A stretch of 35,474 bases of DNA from Thermohalobaculum sp. (GTDB lineage: Bacteria; Pseudomonadota; Alphaproteobacteria; Rhodobacterales; Rhodobacteraceae), in assembly GCA_035458445.1 (NCBI GenBank), contig DATHZU010000235.1:1-35474 (forward strand), read 5' to 3'. A program made the translations under genes and the position numbers. Shown here piece after piece: positions 1-11,119 of the stretch; position 1 is the stretch's first letter; each line of letters begins with the position of its first letter. The notes below the pieces were generated by a model. The model ran no database searches, was not told the origin of the DNA, and was given only the letters and a program-made list of their open reading frames with translations.

Positions 1-186
1 GCACTGAACAACGTGACGCTGCCCCATGCACTGCGCATTGCCAACCGGGGTTGGCGCGAGGCGCTGCTGGCCGACCCGCATCTGAAGGCTGGCCTGAACG
101 TCTGGAACGGCAAGATCACCTACCAGGCAGTGGCCGAGGATCTGGGCTATGACTACATGCCGGTCGACAAGGCATTGGCGGCCTGA
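1..186 (+). CDS. ald: Alanine dehydrogenase, C-terminal fragment (gene begins upstream of window)
   Basis: Frame 1 reads ALNNVTLPHALRIANRGWREALLADPHLKAGLNVWNGKITYQAVAEDLG...KALAA* (TGA 184-186), the typical Ald C-terminus; an alanine symporter lies just downstream. Confidence 0.9.
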   Translation, partial: ALNNVTLPHALRIANRGWREALLADPHLKAGLNVWNGKITYQAVAEDLGYDYMPVDKALAA

Positions 187-244
187 AAAAAATCGGTGTG
201 ATCCGAGGTTATCGAGTCCACAATAGACCATCAAGATCGCCAAA

Positions 245-276
245 GGGGGGCGGCTCAGGCTTTAAAGCCGCCCCCC
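245..276. terminator. GC-rich hairpin between ald and usp (terminator or mRNA-stabilising stem)
   Basis: GGGGGGCGGCT (245-255) pairs perfectly with AGCCGCCCCCC (266-276), 10-nt loop. No immediate U-tract on +. Confidence 0.5.
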
Positions 277-316
277 GCAAAGGCGGCATTTTCATCAACG
301 ACAGGGGAGACTGAAT

Positions 317-748
317 GTGTCAAATGAACTTTACGTTGTTGCCTATGAGGGCGACGACCGGTCAGTCGTGAACTTCGCGGCCAGCCGGGCCAAGAAGGAC
401 GGCGCGGCGCTGCACGTCGTGCATGTCCTGGAATGGTCGCCCTATTCCTTCCTGACTCCGGAGGAACTGGATCAGCGCCACAAGCAGCGTGCCGAGGAAC
501 TGGCCAAGGCCAACGAGCTGGTCATGGGCCCGGTGCTGAAAGACCTGAAGGCGCAAGGTGTGACCGCGGACGGCGAGATCCGCCACGGTTCGGTCGTCGA
601 CCTCCTGGTCGAGATCGCCGAGGAGCGCAAGGCGGCGATGATTTTCGTCGGCCGCTCGGGCGCATCGAGCCTGACGGCGCGGGTGTTCGGCAGCGTGCCG
701 ATCGGCCTGGCCCAGGCTTCTCCCGTTCCAATCGTCATCGTGCCGTAA
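317..748 (+). CDS. Universal stress protein (USP family)
   Basis: 143 aa; N-terminal YVVAYEG strand, LHVVHV, MIFVGRSG...VFGSVP...PIVIVP USP signature; GTG start after a GGGGAGA RBS. Confidence 0.9.
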   Translation: MSNELYVVAYEGDDRSVVNFAASRAKKDGAALHVVHVLEWSPYSFLTPEELDQRHKQRAEELAKANELVMGPVLKDLKAQGVTADGEIRHGSVVDLLVEIAEERKAAMIFVGRSGASSLTARVFGSVPIGLAQASPVPIVIVP

Positions 749-772
749 GCGCGGCCTGAAGGAGACAATCCC

Positions 773-2344
<1,572 letters not shown>

Positions 2345-2357
2345 TGCCATTGGCAAA

Positions 2358-2381
2358 GCCGGTCCCCGCCCGGGGACCGGC
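2358..2381. terminator. Hairpin downstream of the symporter (probable terminator)
   Basis: GCCGGTCCCC-gccc-GGGGACCGGC perfect 10-bp stem starting 14 nt after the stop codon; no clear U-tract on +. Confidence 0.5.
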
Positions 2382-2568
2382 AAGAGAGCGGGAGGGCCGG
2401 GTTCGGGGAACTGAATCCGGCCTTCTCGCTGCGCTGCAGTTGGATCGAGACCAATTCAGACTGATCCTTCTCATGCCTAGGGTTTCGCTAACCGCCACCG
2501 CCTAGACTTCCGCCGCGAGAGCTTTCCGCCCCGTCGGGCGGAGACTGGCGGGAGCAGGTGCCGGGCCC

Positions 2569-3615
2569 ATGACGCAAGCGAAGGATCCGACCCGGTCGGA
2601 GACCGAGTACGCCGAGGCCGAGCGCCTCGCTGCGGAAGCGCTTCGTCATGCCCGCGAGCACGGCAGCCCGCCCAGGCCCAGCGTCTACGAGGTCTGGTAC
2701 ACCTATGCCGCCGGGGCGGACAAGGCGCTGAGCGCCAGGCTCGACAGCGCCTTGACCCATGGCGGCGTGGTCGATCTGGACACCATCGAGCGCATCTACG
2801 AGGAGCATTTCCTGCAGAGGCGCCTCTCCAGCGGCATGACCCGGATCGGCGACGAGCTGGAGAGCGGGCTTCAGGACACCATGCGCCTGATCCGGGAGGG
2901 GCTGGGCTCGAACCGGGCCTATGTCGGCTCGCTGAAGAAGTCGCAGGAGCAGATCGGCGCGCTGGCGCAGAACCACAAGGCCAAGAAGCTGCTGATGCAG
3001 CTGGTCTCGGCCAGCCGCGAGCACGCGGAGCAGACCGAGACGGTCGTCGAGGACCTGGTTCGCGCGCGCGCCCAGGTGGAGGAGCTCAAGAACGAACTGA
3101 GCAAGCTGCGCGACAGCGCCTATCTGGATCACCTGACCCAGATCGCCAACCGCCGGCACATGGAAGAGGTGCTGGAGCGCGAGATCATCGAGGCGCGGCG
3201 CAGCGCGACGCCGCTGTGTCTCGCCCTGGCCGATCTCGATCACTTCAAGGCGGTCAACGACCGCTGGGGTCACCAGGTCGGCGATGCCCTGCTGAAACAT
3301 TTCGCCGCCCTGGTCCAGAAGAACGTCAAGGGTCAGGACACGCCGGCGCGCTACGGCGGCGAGGAGTTCGCCATCATATTCCCGCGAACCGCACTGTACG
3401 GTGCCGCGCATGTGGTCGACCGCATCCGCCAGCTGCTGAACGAGACCGAGTTCGTGCGCAGCGGCGACAAGACCCCCATCGGCCAGGTCTCGGTCTCGTT
3501 CGGAGTCACCCAATTGCGGCCCGGAGACCGGATGGACGCCCTCTTGCGCCGCGCCGACATCCTGCTCTACGCCGCAAAGAAAAAGGGCCGCAACCGGGTC
3601 GAGGCCGATATGTGA
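2569..3615 (+). CDS. Cytoplasmic diguanylate cyclase (helical N-terminus + GGDEF domain)
   Basis: DHLTQIANRR, DLDHFKAVNDRWGHQVGD, RYGGEEF, LYAAKKKGRNRV; N-terminal PSVYEVWYTY helical region and coiled coil; no TM segment. Confidence 0.93.
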   Translation: MTQAKDPTRSETEYAEAERLAAEALRHAREHGSPPRPSVYEVWYTYAAGADKALSARLDSALTHGGVVDLDTIERIYEEHFLQRRLSSGMTRIGDELESGLQDTMRLIREGLGSNRAYVGSLKKSQEQIGALAQNHKAKKLLMQLVSASREHAEQTETVVEDLVRARAQVEELKNELSKLRDSAYLDHLTQIANRRHMEEVLEREIIEARRSATPLCLALADLDHFKAVNDRWGHQVGDALLKHFAALVQKNVKGQDTPARYGGEEFAIIFPRTALYGAAHVVDRIRQLLNETEFVRSGDKTPIGQVSVSFGVTQLRPGDRMDALLRRADILLYAAKKKGRNRVEADM

Positions 3616-3631
3616 GCGGAATTGCGCGCGG

Positions 3632-4894
3632 TTAGAAAGCCTTCCGCAATCCGGCCTCGATGCGGGTCTCGGTGTAGGAAAATGCGTCGAGGTCGCTGTC
3701 CCTGCGCGTCAGTCCCAATTTGACGTAAGGTGAGAACTGGCCGAAGACGAAGACATCCGTTTTGGTCAGGTCCAGATCGGCTCCGTACTCCCACGCGTCA
3801 GCCTTGGCAAAGAACCCTGGGATTCGCTCGTCGAATTGCTGGTTCGCTAGATAGACCCGCGCGCTGGCGTCGATTCCCAATCCGAGGTCAGTGAAGCCGA
3901 ACACCTCCGCTCCCAGGGACGTGTAGCTCTCGAAACCCTCATCCGCATCCAGCCGCTCGCCGGTCAGCGCGAGGCCGGCCTGTCCCCGGCCGCCGATAGA
4001 CTGCGCTGCGCCGGCCCGCAGCCGCGCGGTCTGGCCGTCGCGGAATTCGGATATATGGTCGTCAAGGATACCGGCCGCGCCCGACGCAAAGAGCGACAGG
4101 CCCGCAGGGCTTCGCCATTCGAGGGCCGCGCGAAGTTCGAGGCGGTCCTCGAAATGCCGGCCGCCATATTCGCGCATGGAGGCGGCGACCGCGCCCGTGG
4201 CCGTCACGCGGGGCCACGCGCCGCGCAAGCCGGCCTCCGCCCCGCCCAGATAGTCGTCGGCCCCGGAGCCGTTGCCCTCGAAGACGCTGAAGAAGGCGCT
4301 GCCGAAGGCCAAGATCTTGACCCGCTCGCCACCAAGCCCAGGAACCTCGACCCGGTATTCGGCCGCGCCGCGGACCTTAATGCCATAGTCGCCGTCGTCG
4401 TTCCGATCGATTTCGAACGGCACCGGAATGCCCAGGAAGTCGATCATGACGACATCGCTGTCATAGTGGCGCGCGCTTTGCGGCGAGGTCGAGAAGCCAG
4501 CCTCCAGGTTCCAATCAAATCCCCTGCGGGCGTCGATTGCGCGCAGGAACTGGATGATCCGTAGCTTGACGGTGTCCGGCACCCCGCCCGAAAGCACCGC
4601 CAGAAATTCGCGCCGCGAATGCTCCCATTGCCGGGCGTGGAAATAGGCTCGGGCGAGTTCCAGCCGAACGCGCGGAAGATCGGGCTGGCGCGCGAGGATA
4701 CGCCTGAAGATCTGGATTGCCTCCGAGGCGTCACCCGCCTCCAAGGCCTTCAACCCGCTGAGAAAGGCCCGCTCGATGGCTTGGGGCTGCGGATCCGATG
4801 GGGTCTGCGCATGGCTGGCGGCCGGAGCCGCCAGCGCCAGACAGGCGAGCAGGAAGAGCGTGATCCGTGCCGAGGCGGTCCTATCGCACCGCAC
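3632..4894 (-). CDS. Surface lipoprotein assembly modifier (Slam-like; TPR + outer-membrane beta-barrel, DUF560-type)
   Basis: Signal peptide, TPR segment (AIQIFRRILARQPDLPRVRLELARAYF), amphipathic beta-strands, terminal Phe (AGLRKAF); directly downstream of a surface-lipoprotein gene. Confidence 0.8.
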   Translation of the reverse strand: MRCDRTASARITLFLLACLALAAPAASHAQTPSDPQPQAIERAFLSGLKALEAGDASEAIQIFRRILARQPDLPRVRLELARAYFHARQWEHSRREFLAVLSGGVPDTVKLRIIQFLRAIDARRGFDWNLEAGFSTSPQSARHYDSDVVMIDFLGIPVPFEIDRNDDGDYGIKVRGAAEYRVEVPGLGGERVKILAFGSAFFSVFEGNGSGADDYLGGAEAGLRGAWPRVTATGAVAASMREYGGRHFEDRLELRAALEWRSPAGLSLFASGAAGILDDHISEFRDGQTARLRAGAAQSIGGRGQAGLALTGERLDADEGFESYTSLGAEVFGFTDLGLGIDASARVYLANQQFDERIPGFFAKADAWEYGADLDLTKTDVFVFGQFSPYVKLGLTRRDSDLDAFSYTETRIEAGLRKAF

Positions 4895-5834
4895 CGATCG
4901 CCCCGAGGTACTGACCCGCGTCGCCGCTCATGCCGAAGGTCGCGCCGATCTCCTCGAAATTGGGGCCATAGAGCCGGCCGTCCATCGTGCCTGCAAGGTC
5001 CGTCGCCGTAATGGTGGCCTCGAAAGTGCCATCCGGGTCGCTGCCGCCGAAGGGTCCGCCGTTCGATACCGTTCCGGTTCCGGTGAAATCCAGACCCGGC
5101 ATGGCGCTGGAAATTCCGGTCGCAGTGTCGATCGCCTGGCTGCCCGTTGTATTGACCGAAATCTCGTGGTTGGTGAAGTTGAAGAAGGCGTCGAAGTCGG
5201 CGAAAACGGCGAAGGTGTCGCCATCCTTGTCGAGGAAAAGACCGGCCGACTGGCCGTTATAGGTTGCCGACCCATTTGCTGGCAGTGACTGGCGAGGCGT
5301 CGCAAAGCCGAAAGTGCCTGCACCGGCGGTGCCGTTGCCTGTGTCGATTCCGGTCGCCCAAATCCCGAAGGTCTGGTACTCGAAACCCATCGCCGCAGGA
5401 TCGGCTGCCACCGCAATCCTGTCGGCGCCGGCGCTGATCGCGGTCGCGTAGTCGACCGTCAGCGGATCCAGAGTGTCGCCATCGGCGAAGATATCGCCAT
5501 CGGCTGTGTCGAAGGTCAGATCGGGAGTGGCATTCCCTCCAAAGCCGCTATCATCGACGAACAGCTCCGCCGCCAGCAGCGCGCCAATATCGTCAAGCGT
5601 GATCACGACAGCGGCACTGTGCTGTTCGACGTCGCTGCCTGAGACATCGCCGCTGGACGGATCGGTTTCGTAGTTGGCGACGATCGCCTGGCCATTTATT
5701 CTGTGACTGCGGCCCGCCTCCAGCGTGGCGAAGGATTGAAAGGCGTCGCCGTCGCCGCCTCCACCACCGCCGCCGCCGCAGCCAGAAAGCGCTGCCGCAG
5801 CGGCAGCCATTCCGAGAAGCTTCAAGGTCTTCAT
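4881..5834 (-). CDS. Surface lipoprotein with TbpB/fHbp-like C-terminal beta-barrel (putative Slam substrate)
   Basis: Lipobox LSG-C followed by eight Gly; C-terminal LPANGSATYNG...GTMDGRLYGPNFEEIGATF barrel motifs; AAGGAG RBS. Confidence 0.82.
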   Translation of the reverse strand: MKTLKLLGMAAAAAALSGCGGGGGGGGDGDAFQSFATLEAGRSHRINGQAIVANYETDPSSGDVSGSDVEQHSAAVVITLDDIGALLAAELFVDDSGFGGNATPDLTFDTADGDIFADGDTLDPLTVDYATAISAGADRIAVAADPAAMGFEYQTFGIWATGIDTGNGTAGAGTFGFATPRQSLPANGSATYNGQSAGLFLDKDGDTFAVFADFDAFFNFTNHEISVNTTGSQAIDTATGISSAMPGLDFTGTGTVSNGGPFGGSDPDGTFEATITATDLAGTMDGRLYGPNFEEIGATFGMSGDAGQYLGAIGAVR

Positions 5835-5920
5835 GAGCTAACTCCTTATCCAAGCCGCGAGCGATCACGGATAACAAGTAGTAAATTATTCTTAGGGGTT
5901 TAGAAACGCCTTGATTCAAC

Positions 5921-6598
5921 TCAAGCAGGACGGATCAGCCCGCCCTCCAGCCGCACGGTGCGGTCCATCCGCGCCGCGAGGTCGTGGTTGTGAGTGGCGA
6001 TCAGCGCCGAGAGGCCGGTCTCTCGGACGACCTCCAGCAGCATGTCGAAGACCCGGCCCGAGGTCTCGGGATCCAGATTTCCGGTCGGCTCGTCCGCCAG
6101 CAGCAGGCGCGGCCGGTTGGCCAGTGCCCGGCAGATGGCAACCCGCTGCTGCTCGCCGCCGGAGAGCTCGGAGGGCCGGTGATTGCGCCGCTCGGCGAGG
6201 CCGACCCGGTCCAGCAATTCGCGGGCGCGGTCCAGGGCCGCGGACTTGCCAAGCCCGGTGGCCATTTGGGGGATGGCGACGTTCTCCTCGGCGGTGAATT
6301 CGGGCAGCAGGTGGTGGAACTGGTAGACAAAGCCCAGATGCTGCCGCCGCGCCGCGGTACGGCTGGCGTCATCGAGCCCGGTCAGGGACTGCCCGGCGAT
6401 CGCGACGGTGCCGCCATCCGGCGTATCGAGCAATCCAGCGATTTGCAGCAGGGTCGACTTTCCCGCCCCGGAAGGCGCAACCAGCGCCACGGTTTCGCCC
6501 GCGCCGATGATCAGGTCGGCGCCCTTCAGAACCTCGACCTCGCGCGGTCCCTGGCGGAAGGTACGCACGATCCCCTCGAGCCGCAGAGCCTCACTCAT
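5921..6598 (-). CDS. lolD: Lipoprotein-releasing ABC transporter ATPase LolD
   Basis: APSGAGKST Walker [36 protein letters not shown]; overlaps the lolC/E stop. Confidence 0.93.
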   Translation of the reverse strand: MSEALRLEGIVRTFRQGPREVEVLKGADLIIGAGETVALVAPSGAGKSTLLQIAGLLDTPDGGTVAIAGQSLTGLDDASRTAARRQHLGFVYQFHHLLPEFTAEENVAIPQMATGLGKSAALDRARELLDRVGLAERRNHRPSELSGGEQQRVAICRALANRPRLLLADEPTGNLDPETSGRVFDMLLEVVRETGLSALIATHNHDLAARMDRTVRLEGGLIRPA

Positions 6599-7871
6599 AG
6601 CGCAGCGCCTCGACCGGATCGAGCCGGGCCGCCCGGCGCGCCGGGTAGAGCGTCGCCAGGAAGGCGAACAGCAGCGAGACCGAGCAGGTCAGCACCACGT
6701 CCCGGATCATCAGCACCGCCGGCAGCCGGGTCAGGAACCTGAGTTCAGGGTCCCAGACCGAGGTGCCGGTCACTGCTTCGACCAGAGCCTGGATCTCCTG
6801 GATGTAGGTGGTGAACAACACCCCGGCGACCACGCCCAGCGCCGTGCCAACCACGCCGATGGCCGACCCGCAGATGAAGAAGATGCGCAGGATCGCCCCG
6901 CGCGTCATGCCGAAGGTGCGCATGATGGCGATGTGGCGGGTCTTCTCCTTCACCAGCATGATCAGGCCCGAGACGATGTTCAGCGCCACGATGACGAAGA
7001 TCAGGCTGAGGATGATGAACATCACATTGGCCTCGACCTTCAAGGCCGAGATGAAGCTGGAATTGGCGCGCTGCCAGTTCCAGAGATAGGCCTGGCTGCC
7101 GATCAGCGGATAAAGCTCGGTGCCGATCTCTTCCACCCGGTCAGGCTCGGAGACCATGATCTCGATACCGTCGACCCGGCCTTCCTTGCGGAAATAGATC
7201 TGCGCCTCCTCCAGCGGCATGAAGACGAAAACCTTGTCGTATTCGCTCATCCCGATGCGGAAGACGTAGGTCACGGTATAGGACTTGATCCGGGGAGCCA
7301 CTCCAAATGGGGTTGTGATGCCGCGCGGGCTGATCAGGGTGATCTGGTCTCCGACCCCGAGGTGCAGCTTCCTTGCCAACCCCTGGCCGATGGCGACGCC
7401 CTGGTCATAGTCGTCGAGACTGCCGCGCGCCTCCTCGGGGCTTGCCACGCCCGGCAGGCTGAGAACGTCTTCCTTGCGCAATCCACGGACCAGCACGCCC
7501 GAATTGCCCGCATCGGAGGACCCCATCACCTGGCCCTCGATCATCGGGGCGACGCGCGTGACGTTGGCATTCTTCGCAATTTCGGCGGCCAGGGGATCGT
7601 AATCGATCAGCCCGGATTCGGCCGAGGGCAGCACGATGATATGCGCCTGCGCGCCCAGGATTCGGTCCACAAGCTCGGCGCGGAAGCCGTTCATCACCGA
7701 CATCACCACGATCAGCGTGCCGACGCCCAGCATGATCCCGGCCAGCGAGAACCCGGCGATGACCGAGATCGCCCCTTCCTTGCGCCGCGCGCGCAGATAG
7801 CGCCACGCGATCATCCATTCCAGACGCGAGAAGGCGCCGGCGGTTCCTGTTTGGCTGCCCGCACCGCTCAC
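6591..7871 (-). CDS. lolE: Lipoprotein-releasing ABC transporter permease (LolC/LolE family, single copy)
   Basis: [62 protein letters not shown]. Start reassigned to GTG 7871, which has GAGG upstream overlapping the proS stop. Confidence 0.9.
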   Translation of the reverse strand: MSGAGSQTGTAGAFSRLEWMIAWRYLRARRKEGAISVIAGFSLAGIMLGVGTLIVVMSVMNGFRAELVDRILGAQAHIIVLPSAESGLIDYDPLAAEIAKNANVTRVAPMIEGQVMGSSDAGNSGVLVRGLRKEDVLSLPGVASPEEARGSLDDYDQGVAIGQGLARKLHLGVGDQITLISPRGITTPFGVAPRIKSYTVTYVFRIGMSEYDKVFVFMPLEEAQIYFRKEGRVDGIEIMVSEPDRVEEIGTELYPLIGSQAYLWNWQRANSSFISALKVEANVMFIILSLIFVIVALNIVSGLIMLVKEKTRHIAIMRTFGMTRGAILRIFFICGSAIGVVGTALGVVAGVLFTTYIQEIQALVEAVTGTSVWDPELRFLTRLPAVLMIRDVVLTCSVSLLFAFLATLYPARRAARLDPVEALRYE

Positions 7872-7878
7872 CCGGTCC

Positions 7879-9219
7879 TCACAATCCGGCGTAGATATCG
7901 GCCAGCCGCTGGACGGCGGCATCGGGCGACAGTTCGGCGGTCTCGCCGGTCCTGCGCGAGGTCAACTCGACAACGCCCGACTTCAGCCCGCGAGGCCCGA
8001 CCGTCACCCGCCAGGGCAGGCCGATCAGCTCCATGGTGGCGAACTTCGCCCCGGCGCGCTCGTCGCGGTCGTCATAGAGGACATCGAGCCCGGCCGACCG
8101 AAGCTTGCCGTAGATGTCGAGGCAGGCCGCATCCGCCGCATCGTCGCCCTGCTTCAGGTTCACCAGACCCGCCTGGAACGGTGTCACGCTCTCGGGCCAG
8201 ACGATGCCGTTGTCGTCGTGGCTGGCCTCGATGATGGCGCCGACCAGGCGGCTGACGCCGATGCCGTAGCTGCCGCCGTGGATCGGCACCTGGACCCCGT
8301 CCGGATTGGTTACCATCGCACCCAGCGGTTCGGAATACTTGGTGCCGAAATAGAAGATATGGCCCACTTCGATGCCGCGCGCCGAGACCCGCCGCTCGGC
8401 GGGCACCGCGGCCTGGAAAGCCGCCTCGTCATGGGTGTCGTCGGTCGCGGCGTAGGAGCCGGTCCACTGGTCGACGATGCCCTGGATCTGCGCCTTGTCC
8501 TCGTAGTCCACCTGCCGGTCCCCCAGCGTCAGCTCGACCAGATCGCGGTCGAGAAAGACCTCGGACTCGCCGGTCTCGGCCAGGATCAGGAATTCGTGCG
8601 CGTAATCGCCGCCGATCGGCCCGCTCTCGGCGCGCATCGGCACCGCCTTCAGGCCCATGCGCTCGAAGGTGCGGATGTAGCTGACCATCATCTGGTTGTA
8701 GCTGTGGATCGCGCCCGGCTTGTCGAGGTCGAAGGAATAGGCGTCCTTCATCAGGAACTCGCGCCCGCGCATGACACCGAACCGCGGCCTGACCTCGTCG
8801 CGGAATTTCCACTGGATGTGGTAGAGGTTCTTCGGCACGTCGCGGTACGATCCGCAATAGGCGCGGAAGATCTCGGTGATCATCTCCTCGTTGGTCGGGC
8901 CGAACAGCATGTCGCGCTCGTGCCGGTCCTTGATGCGCAGCATCTCGGGACCGTAGTCGTCGTAGCGGCCGGACTCGCGCCAGAGGTCGGCGGACTGGAT
9001 GGTCGGCATCAGCATCGGGATGGCGCCTGCGCGCTGCTGCTCCTGATGCACGATCTCCTCGATCCGGCGCAGCACCTTGTAGCCCATCGGCAGCCAGGAA
9101 TAGATCCCGGCGCTGGCCTGCCGGACCATGCCCGCACGCAGCATCAGCCGGTGCGAGACGATCTGTGCCTCGGCTGGGGTTTCCTTCAGCACCGGCAGGA
9201 AATAGCGGGTCAGACGCAT
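7879..9219 (-). CDS. proS: Proline--tRNA ligase (short alphaproteobacterial type)
   Basis: [63 protein letters not shown]. Start set at ATG 9219 rather than the ORF-track 9378. Confidence 0.97.
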   Translation of the reverse strand: MRLTRYFLPVLKETPAEAQIVSHRLMLRAGMVRQASAGIYSWLPMGYKVLRRIEEIVHQEQQRAGAIPMLMPTIQSADLWRESGRYDDYGPEMLRIKDRHERDMLFGPTNEEMITEIFRAYCGSYRDVPKNLYHIQWKFRDEVRPRFGVMRGREFLMKDAYSFDLDKPGAIHSYNQMMVSYIRTFERMGLKAVPMRAESGPIGGDYAHEFLILAETGESEVFLDRDLVELTLGDRQVDYEDKAQIQGIVDQWTGSYAATDDTHDEAAFQAAVPAERRVSARGIEVGHIFYFGTKYSEPLGAMVTNPDGVQVPIHGGSYGIGVSRLVGAIIEASHDDNGIVWPESVTPFQAGLVNLKQGDDAADAACLDIYGKLRSAGLDVLYDDRDERAGAKFATMELIGLPWRVTVGPRGLKSGVVELTSRRTGETAELSPDAAVQRLADIYAGL

Positions 9220-9517
9220 GCTCGGCCTCGGTCTCGGGTTCAGGTTCGGATCGAAGCCGGGTTTAGGCGGATTGGCCCGGCGGGGCAAGGGCGGCGAGGC
9301 GGGATCGCCTCCCTTCGGGGCTAACGGAGTCGCGGCCGGGTTCCGCCAAATGGAAATCTCGCTAAGGACAGGTGACACGAACCTGATTCTGCGCTAACCG
9401 ACACTCTATAAAGAGGCCAAGAAGCCAAGAGCTTCCGGCCCAAGTCTGGGGGAGGAAACGGTCTGCGATCCGCAGGCCGTTTTCGTTTTCGACGGCCCGG
9501 AAGGCCGCATCGCCGGA

Positions 9518-11062
9518 TCAACGATCCGGAGCGGCCGCGATCGAGCCCGACACACGCAATGCCCGCAAGAGGCGGCCAAAGCGTTTCTCGACTTCCTCGC
9601 CCAACAGGTCCGCTGCCTTCCCACGGAACTCCAGATCGAGCCTGTCCGCCGTGCGGATCACGCCGCAATCGGGCAATGCGCCCGGTGTCGAGCCGGAAAT
9701 CGCCGTGCCGAGCCGGAAGGCGGTCCCGTAACAGAACGCGCGGAACTGCCGGTCCTCGCTGAGCAGGCCAGGGAATTTGGCGTTCTGCCCGGCTTGACGC
9801 GACCGTTTGTAGCGCGCCGACAGGATCGACCCCATGAAGACACGGCCGGAATGGCCAAGATCGGTCAGTGCCGTCCGGGTCACGGTCTCCCAGCAGCCGG
9901 TGATCCGGTAGTCGGGGTTGGTCCGCCAGTTCACGTCGGCCAACATTGCGGATGCGCGGACCAACCGTTCTTCGCCAGGGTCCAGCGCCGGCATGATCTG
10001 CAGCGCCCAGTCCGCCAGTTCGGCGCCGGACCCGGGCGCCCTGGCGCGCAGGACCTCCTGCTTTTCGGCGGCCGCCATCAGCGGGTCCCTGGCACGCAGG
10101 GCTGGCGGCATGTTCTCGAGGCAGACCCCCTCGCGCAGGCCGAAGCCCGAGATCATCGCATCGCCAGGTTCCAGATGTTCGATCAGCGACCGCAGCAGGC
10201 GTCCGGCCAGCGGCAACACCGGCGCCCGGCTGGACGGGACGCCGGGCAGTGCGGCGATCTTCGCGGGCGCGGTCGCGGCCGCCCAGTCCGCATGTTCCAA
10301 AGCCTGCTCGATGGTCATCCCGTATTCATGCAGCACGCGCAGCGGATAGCCGGTTCGCTCCATATGCGCCCGGCCGAGCGCCCGCCAGGCCCCGCCGACC
10401 AGATAGAGTCGCCCGCCGGCGATCCGGAAGGCGTCGGCCAGCGTCCGCACCCGCGCCTTGATCTCGGCAGCAACGGCCCGCGCGCCGACGCCGGGCGCCT
10501 GCAGCCGCAATGGGCCCAGCGGCGTGGTCAACCCCTGCCCCGCATGGCCGTTCTCGACCCTGCAGAGCTCCATCGAAGCACCGCCCAGATCCACGACCAC
10601 GCCGCTGGCCCGCGGATTGCCGAACACCACACCTTGCGCGGCCAAACGTGCCTCGGTGACACCCGACAGGATCTCGAGTCGGATGCCGGTTTCGGTCTCG
10701 ACCTGATCGCGAAACGCGGCGCCGTCGCTGGCGTCACGGACGGCGGCGGTCGCAACCCCGGCCAGCGCACCCACATGCAGCGCCGGCGCAATGGCGGCAA
10801 AACGCTTGAGCGTGGCGATGGCCCGCGCCTTGCCCTCCGGGTCAAGCGCCCCGGTCTCGGCCAGCCGGGCGCCCAGCGCGCACATCACCTTCTCGTTGAA
10901 CAGCATCGCCGGGCTGCGGTTGCCGCCCTCGAAGACCACCATGCGAACGGTGTTCGAGCCTACATCGATCACACCGATCCGGTCTGCCGCCGTGCGCAGG
11001 CCGGGAAATGAGGGAGGCTGGCCGGGAAAGAACGTGCCTTGCCGCTCGGCCGGGCTGCGCAC
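9518..11062 (-). CDS. ppx: Ppx/GppA family exopolyphosphatase
   Basis: IGVIDVGSNTVRMVVF, ATAAVRDA, DLGGASMEL, GFGLREG; directly downstream of ppk1. Start codon uncertain. Confidence 0.92.
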   Translation of the reverse strand: MRSPAERQGTFFPGQPPSFPGLRTAADRIGVIDVGSNTVRMVVFEGGNRSPAMLFNEKVMCALGARLAETGALDPEGKARAIATLKRFAAIAPALHVGALAGVATAAVRDASDGAAFRDQVETETGIRLEILSGVTEARLAAQGVVFGNPRASGVVVDLGGASMELCRVENGHAGQGLTTPLGPLRLQAPGVGARAVAAEIKARVRTLADAFRIAGGRLYLVGGAWRALGRAHMERTGYPLRVLHEYGMTIEQALEHADWAAATAPAKIAALPGVPSSRAPVLPLAGRLLRSLIEHLEPGDAMISGFGLREGVCLENMPPALRARDPLMAAAEKQEVLRARAPGSGAELADWALQIMPALDPGEERLVRASAMLADVNWRTNPDYRITGCWETVTRTALTDLGHSGRVFMGSILSARYKRSRQAGQNAKFPGLLSEDRQFRAFCYGTAFRLGTAISGSTPGALPDCGVIRTADRLDLEFRGKAADLLGEEVEKRFGRLLRALRVSGSIAAAPDR

Positions 11063-11119
11063 GAGCCCCGCGCCGGGGCCGCGCCGGATGCCATGCAGAT
11101 AAGACAGGCGCCTGCTCCC

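Noticed and set aside
5889-5916. Possible Irr/ICE iron box upstream of the Slam substrate (TTTAGAA half-site)
   Set aside because: The second half-site (TTCTAAA three bases later) is absent; only a half match.
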